Source: Azolla caroliniana
Lineage: Eukaryota > Plantae > Polypodiophyta
DNA: 64,000 nt
NCBI GenBank assembly: GCA_043228905.1
Contig: JBHGNT010000002.1
Location: 13,950,001-14,014,000 of the forward strand
Direction of reading: 5' to 3'
The translations under genes were made by a program, and so were the position numbers. The notes beneath the pieces were generated by a model. The model did not search any database. It was not told the origin of the DNA and was given only the letters and a program-made list of their open reading frames with translations. How positions within the stretch are numbered: the first letter of the stretch is position 1; each line of letters opens with the position of its first letter. Shown piece by piece: positions 57,040 to 64,000 of this stretch.

Positions 57040-58669
57040 TCCTCTTCCATCAGCCTTTTCATTCCTCCTCGCCCATCATTTCGGTTCAGGGCCCTCCGGG
57101 TATCGCTAGCGTGCACCCAACCTTCCCACAGGTACACTACCCGGCTTCTCAAAGCCTCCGCAAAGTCCCCGCAGTCTTTCCGGATGTGGCCGACCTCGTC
57201 GCACCACATGCACCTATTTCCAGCCGGAGGCCGTCGGTCACGAACCTGTTCACCACCTTCCCTCCGAGCCTGGGCGATCTGGAGATCCTTTACCGCCCGT
57301 GTCAACTCCTCCAAAGCTGTCCCCTCGGACGAGCCTCTGACCACGCTGGTCGAAGCCGAACCGGTTTCGAGCCACTCCCGGGTCTCTTCCCGTCGCGCCT
57401 GCGGTATCGGTTCGAGCTTCCTTGATGCGACAGGACCTGCCCTGGTCGCCCCTGTATCAGCCCACTCCCACCGTTTGTCAAAACGGCCGCAGACTCTTTT
57501 TACCGCGGCCCAGTCGGCCGTCAGCCCGTCTTCAGTTTCCAATAAGGAGCCCACTTGCTCCCGATCCTGTGCGTCAACCGATTTGACAAATAGTAGGACA
57601 CGACTTGTGTCCAGAACGGTCCGATCGAGCGCCGAAAGGCGCGCAAAGCGATCCTCAAACTCCCGGAGGAGTGCCGACGCATTTCTTCCTTTGTCGGGGG
57701 ACTCCACCCACTCCATGAAGCCCCGATTCGAAAGTCAAAGCCCGTCATCCAGCCTGTATTTCTCCAAGAGCCGTCCTTCGAACTCCTCCCAGGTCCGGCT
57801 CTCCGCCCGGACCTCAAGCACCTCCGCATGGATGCCCGACATCACCACTTGAGGGAATCCGGCAAGACGCCTCTCTTCCGGAATATCCCTCATCAACATC
57901 TCCGCCCGGTAGGACGCCACATAACTCGTGGCATCCTTTCCACTGAACCCTAAACCCTAAACCCTAAACCCCCTCATCTTCTGCTCCTCTGCCGCCTTGT
58001 TCACGTCGGGTTCACCAAATATGTCGCGTTACTACGCGCGTGCGTGGAGAAACGAGACGGGACCATCGGGGCCTTGAACCGAAGAGCAGGTGATAGGAAG
58101 GGAAAGAGAAAGAGAGAGACAACCGGTTACGTATGAGCAAAGAAACACAGGGACACGTCCCGTCAACGTAGAAAACACGAATGGACACAGAGACAGAGAG
58201 ACACGAATGTTTGTATATTAACAAATGACACAAAACAACAGAGCACGCGAGCGGTTACAACCGAACAGGCCGGCGAACAGATGCCGATGCCTGCTCATCT
58301 GCGCACGAAAGGGGATAGGATGGAGGTGCTACCGGAAGCACACGGGCGTTCCTCGAAGCAGCGCGAGCCTCCCGAAATCCTGCAGAGAAGAGGGATAGAG
58401 AATGAACAAAGGAGAAGCGTTCAGTTACGGTCCGACAGCACTTCGTCCTCCTCAATGCCCGATCCCTTTCTCCCCGCGCCTCCCTCTCTTTTATAGCTCC
58501 AAGAAGGGAGTCGTTTCCCTCATTAACTTCCTACCTACCGAATCTAACTACCTAGGATATACCTTTGTACCTAATCCTTTATTATATACATTAGAGGGCG
58601 CGCACGCGTGAAGAGCCGGTTCGCGCGCGCTATACACCGTTTGCCTAAGGGACGGTTTTCTTCACGACA
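57040..58669 (-). mobile_element. Truncated tRNA-Trp-primed element (5' LTR + gag)
   Basis: LTR 58022-58669; 18-nt PBS TGGTGAACCCGACGTGAA at 58000-58017; gag 57040-57945 with CMWCDEVGHIRKDC knuckle; truncated near 57040. Confidence 0.88.
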
Positions 58670-61600
58670 CCGTGCACTTCAATATATAGACATCAACACC
58701 CTCTTAATTTTCTTCTTTTGCATTTACAACGAAATTTTCCCCAATGTTTATGACATCACTCAAAATATCTCCACAACCCTAATATGTGAAGTCATCATTG
58801 TTTTCTGTTTCTCCATCCGCTCGGTCCTTAACATTCAATGTATGGTACTCCCAATTCTGAATATATGCTTTGCTTAAACAATACCTCCAATTTCCCTGCA
58901 CACAATGGAAGCAGAAACAAGTTAATTCTCTAACCGCAATACAATGACCATCCAACCTAGAATAACCCCGAACAACATGTAGAGATCGCAATTCGGGAAT
59001 TCCTTGGCATTCCCAGGTCTTCTCCCTATTTACTTCATTTATCTTCACTTCCCAAAATTCACGTTTGATATCTAGGACCTACGAGGAACACCAGTTACAC
59101 TTCTTGACATATTAGCTCTTAAACATTCGATTACATGTGCTGCACAATTCATATGCACACCATTTGCCTTTAGCTGTTCATGGGTAAGTGCCCGCTTTAT
59201 AACTGCACCTGCTCCATCATGTTCGCCTTTACCATGGCCAGACCCAAAAAAATTCCATCTCATCTCCAAACCTGTTATAGAAGGATACCTACCAACAAAA
59301 TAAAATGGGCGTCTAGCCTTGAATTGTGGCGCAGCTCCGTTAGACCAGACCCAATGTTGAGTAAGCTCCAAACGTTAACTTAATAACCATTGCCAATATA
59401 ACTTAAAACAGTATTGGACAAACAAGGTATCATGCTTCTAATCATCAGAAATAAAAAAATGAATTACCTTCTTAACATCACTTAAAAGTCGAAAATATGT
59501 TATGTGCACAAAAATGGTTACTTGCACTGAACACCAATGCATGGATTGAATTTCATTCTACTGCTTGAAAGTCTGCGAAATCTACTATTGAGACTACTAC
59601 ATCATTTGGAAAATTAGGTATGCAAGTCTTAAACTGATGGGCCTACCATGAATAAATGAAGTTGTGTTTAATGAACTTTCCTAGAGATACTACAAATAGA
59701 GACGCCAAATCCCTTGGTTTAAGAGACTTCCTAACTAGATCCTTTCTTTTACACACCTTTCCTTTGAAATTGGTGTCCACAGACTCAAATAACTTGACAG
59801 AGATTAAAATTTCACTACTCAACTCTTTTGGACACCACCTAAATCTACTAGGGCCAAAATCTTGACATAAACCCATAACACATTTATGACCGTGGAAGAT
59901 AGCCTCAAATTCTCTCGGACACAATACTGAATCTAAAAACCACTCATGGAAGAGATAACATGCTCTGATGATTTACAATGCTCTTGCAAGCTAGATTGAA
60001 AAATTGGGCACTCACAACTGCAAACTGCATCCTCTAGGGAGGAGCTACAGTGAGGTAGTAGATTAACAAAGTCCTTGAGAAAACCCATTTGTACATGGTA
60101 AATGCAACATGTGTATCGATCGTTTAAGCGTCTCACAATGTGTGGCTTAAGAGACACGAATATTCGTAGTTGAACTTTGATATTTGGATGCATTCGCCTG
60201 AACCTAATAAATAAATTAACCTGCATAATAAAAAGGGAGTCCAGTGAGTAGCAAAAATGCCCTAATGTAGCTAGTTAGATATAGTGTGGTAGTTGATTAG
60301 CTATGATCATACTCTCGTAGTAGCTAATTAGCTATTAAGAGTAGCTAACTAGCTATTGAGAGTAGCTAATTAACTATTAAGGTAGCTAATTAGCTCTTGA
60401 CATAGCTAACTAGTTGTTGCGAGTAGCTAATTAGCTACCTTAATAGCTAATTAGCTCTTGACATAGCTAACTAGTTGTTGCAAGTAGCTAATTACCTATT
60501 AAGAGTAGCTAATTATCTCTTGACATAGCTAACTAGTTGTTGCGAGTAGCTAATTAGCTCTTGACATAGCTAACTAGTTGTTGCGAGTAGCTAATTAGCT
60601 ATTGACAATAGCTAATTAGCTACCTTAATAGCTAATTAGCTCTTGACATAACTAATTCACTATTGAAAGTTGCTAATTAGCTACCTTAATAGCTAATTAG
60701 CTCTTGACAAAACTAACTAGCTATTGCGAGTAGCGATTTAGCTATTTAGAGTACCTAATTAGCTATTGACAATAGCTAATTAGCTACCTTAATAGCTAAC
60801 TAGCTATTGCAAGTAGCTAATTAGCTCTTGATACAGCTAACTAGCTATTGCAAGTTGCTAATTAGCTAATGTGGTAGCTAGTTAACTAATAATAGCGAAC
60901 CAGCTACTAGTAACTAGCTAGTTAGCTATGGTCATCTTCTGAGGTAGCTAATTAGCTATTGCGGTAAGGAATTAGCTGATTATAGTTAAGGTTAGTATTG
61001 GCAATAACTATTTAGCTATTACCAATAGCTATTTAGCTATTACCAGTAGCTAGTTAGCTATTACCAGTAGCTAGTTAGCTATGTTGATATTTTGAGATAG
61101 CTAATTAGCTATTGCGGTAGCTAATTAGCTGATAATAGCTAAGTTAGCTATTGTCAATTGCTATTTAGCTAATACCAATAGCTAGTTAGCTATGATCATA
61201 TTCTAAAGTAGCTAATTAGCTAAGTAACTAAGTTTAAAAATCAAAACAAAAGTTGAGATAAATATAAATACTTGAGGTACATCAAGAATATGAATGGGAT
61301 GCTCCTCGTATTGACTCCTTCCAACACGTTTCCTGCATAAATCCTTCTTATTGGATGAAACCTTACTCTCATTAGTCCAAAATATGGTGATTATATCCTT
61401 GATTTTTGATGTTATGTGTGTCATTGGCTTACATCTTGTTGTTTGCTTTAGCAGACTAGTTCCTTCACCACTTGAAACTATCTGGTTCATTGTATTGTAC
61501 ACACTTTTTTTACTAACACCAATTACCTTACATAGCACACTGATATTAAGATCGTCAATATCACTATTAAGTAGCATCATTAGACTAGAACTTTTTAAGA

Positions 61601-61783
61601 CAAGATCATCTTCTGACCTGCTCATAGATACGAAACTATTACAGAGATTATTTACTAGTACAGATGTTATGTTTGCATTAAGAAAATCAATATCAACTAA
61701 CTCCTTTATCGATGGATCATTTAATATTCCATAAAGTACTACCTTCTTGTCTTCAAGGCTGATGTGCTTGCTCAGAACATTGA
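58670..61783 (-). pseudogene. Sola2-type DDE transposase (two exons), decayed
   Basis: HWVWSNGAAPQFK...WNFFGSGHGKGEHDGAGAVIKR, IQSMHW.SVQVT and Cys-rich CFCFHC motifs typical of Sola2; GT..AG intron ~60221-61271; stops and frameshifts. Confidence 0.7.
60265..61228. repeat. Second TAGCTAATTAGCTA palindrome array, inside the transposase intron
   Basis: Same core motif with ~6-7-nt spacers (TTAAGAG, CTTGACA, CCTTAA, TTGCGAG). Confidence 0.95.
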
Positions 61784-62909
61784 TGTTGGCCAATGGCGGC
61801 CAAGTATGGAAGGAGTAAGAGGCAAGCTGGTTCCTAGAAATATAATTAAATAACTAAGAATTATGTTAGGAACAGACGGATCTGGAAGAGGTATGCTGAT
61901 TTTGGATCCCGACCGATTCATAGCCGGTTGCCGGTTAGGCACCGTTTTGTAGCACAGACCGGATGCTTATAAAAGGATCCGGATATCATTGTATGAATGA
62001 TGAAACATTAATCTAAGAGCAGGTTATTATTGTCTATTTGATCTTTATTCCGTCATGTGTTTAATGTATTGATCTTACGTGTGTAACACTGTGTGTTGTG
62101 AATTGGATCTCCACTGGACGTTAACCGTTTGAAGCCTATCGGAGTCGGAAATCCTTACCGCAACCACCCCTTTGGTGAAGTGATCTGGAAGGACACCCTA
62201 TGTTAGTGGCTAGTCCGGCCCAGGAGCAACACAGTTTTAGCAACCACGATTCCTGCGAAGAGCAGTGAACACCCGGGGGATGGATGACTAGGCCAACGAA
62301 CGACCCAGTCACCGAACGAGCAAAAAGATTGGTCGAGAGATTATAGAAGCGTGAGGCTTACCAACAAGCGGCTGAGGAGATGTGATCAGATCGGGCTTTT
62401 TCCAGAGTGATTCGGCGGGTCGCCGAGGAGTCACTCCAGTTACAACAAAATCCATACCCGGATGAAGGAAGTAGTTTGAGCAGTTTGCGGGACGTAGAAT
62501 CCATCCTACAGACCCTCGCGGCAGGCGAGAGAGATTTGGGAGCATTCTCGGCTATTGAATTGGATTCAGACGGGGAGCACAGTGCTCAGTCCAATTATCA
62601 GAGCAGTTACGACACCCCGGAAAGCCCGGGAGACGACAGTTCGGAAAACATACTAACGCTAGAACCGGAAACGACAAAACCGACATCCCCGGTTAACGAA
62701 ACAGGGTCGGACGAGCAAGTACTGATACCACCACACAACCAAGTGGAGACTCAAGAGGAATGGGCTCCAATACCACCTCCCGAGTCACCAAAGAAACAGG
62801 AGGAGCAGGTACCGACACCACCTTCGGCAGACCCGATAGATGACGACACCATGCCATGCCAGTATTCGAAATATCGGGACGACCTGGACGCGAAAGTCCA
62901 CATATAGGC
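61784..62909 (+). mobile_element. Athila-like family copy (5' LTR + gag start), interrupted
   Basis: LTR ~61784-62231 (start approximate; TATAAAAGG near 61968; ends GCAACA). CAGTTT plus degenerate PBS TAGCAACCACG. Gag from 62285 (MTRPTNDPVT...SSLSSLR...QYSKYRDD). Confidence 0.8.
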
Positions 62910-64000
62910 TGTCGTGAAGAATTTCGGCCAGAGGCGGAAACCGGGAACATTATCTACATCGGCGGGGGGGTGCAACGTGTGAACGCACCCATGTACATTT
63001 AGTGTGAATATCGAGGGCGCCTTTATGCCGCCGAAGAGTAGTCAAGTCAGGGCAAACGATCCCATGTAAGGCGGGATTTGTCCCACATTGTAACGCATCC
63101 CTTTCCTTGTTCTATAAAAGGAAGGGAACGCCCTTTGTGAAAAGGGTTGCCCATTTTTGCATTCGAGGGTATACCGTTAGGTTTAGAGTTAGGTTCTTCT
63201 TCTTCTTCTTCTGCGTGTTCGCTTAGGGTTTGCTTTGGTTTGGCCTCCTGTGCAAAACCCCGCTCGGCGCGACAAGCCCGTGAGCTCCCCGACGGCGGCT
63301 TGGCAGTAGACGACTACTGTAACCTACCTCAGTCCGGCTCGAAGCCGGGAATGTATTCTCCTCTTATATATATATATATACGTTTGTCTGCATATATTGG
63401 CGTCTTTGATGGTGTCGAGTGCTTCCCCTTTCCTGCGTTTCCTGTACATGAGGGCATGAGCTGTGTGTGTGCGTGTGTGTGTGTGTGTGTGCGCGCGAGT
63501 CGGTGTCAAGCGCGCGCTCCCTCTCATTCTCTCTCTCCCTTCGGTTGCTTCCGGCGTGCTTCTGGGATGCCCCAGAAACGGTGAAGTGCGACTTCCTACG
63601 CTCCATCGCTCCCTAGTCCAAGACCCCCGTGGTCCCGCCTTTCTCCACGCACACGCGCAACAACGCGACATATTTGGTGAACCCGACGTGAAGGGCGGCA
63701 AGGGAGCATGGAGATTGAAGAAGAGTTCGACTTTGAGGAGATGATGGCAAAGATCATGATGGATGCGCGACGGAAAACGGCGAGGCGAGATGCGGCTCAA
63801 CAAGCCGTCGAGAGGGTCGTCGATCGAGTCGGCCGATTCAACGGGGACGATGTCTCGAGGTTCTTGGAAGCGTACGATGCCGAGATGGCGAAAGGGGGTG
63901 TAGACGAGGTGATGTGGCTAGAGTATTTTCCTCGAGTGGCGGTCGTATCGGTGCACAAGGAGGTCAAGGAGCTACGAGAAGCTCATGAGTCGTGGGTGTC
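62910..64000 (+). mobile_element. tRNA-Trp-primed element (5' LTR, PBS, gag start), runs off the right edge
   Basis: LTR 62910-63670 (TGTCGTG...CGCGACA); PBS TGGTGAACCCGACGTGAA at 63675-63692; gag ATG near 63708 (MEIEEEF...GRFNGDDVSRFLEAY). Confidence 0.88.

Noticed and set aside
58000-58017. Sequence identical to a tRNA-Trp 3' end, possible tRNA gene
   Set aside because: Only the terminal 18 nt including CCA, next to an LTR; it is a PBS. The same applies at 3958, 49815 and 63675.

Overview
Repeat-dense nuclear DNA, most likely from a non-seed land plant (inferred from Arabidopsis-type telomere repeats, plant tRNA-type primer sites, a plant ATP2 fragment and the transposon lineages present). 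I found no intact host gene. The window is a nest of LTR retrotransposons: at least four decayed Ty1/copia elements, four copies of an Athila-like Ty3/gypsy family, a decayed chromovirus and several members of a tRNA-Trp-primed gypsy-like family. It also holds a hAT transposase pseudogene beside a captured intron-containing ATP2 fragment, and a Sola2-type transposase region with RING-like and FCP1/NIF-like cargo and intronic palindrome arrays. The main finding is an intact gypsy element at 10205-19969 with two 419-bp LTRs that look identical, a GAGTC target duplication, a 1936-aa gag-pol and a ~936-aa extra ORF. It has no polypurine tract next to its 3' LTR. That position instead holds a second, oppositely oriented tRNA-Arg primer-binding-site-like motif, also conserved in a divergent sister element. 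This suggests a family in which tRNA may prime both DNA strands. All comparisons were made by eye and tRNA/protein matches are from memory of known families, not database searches.
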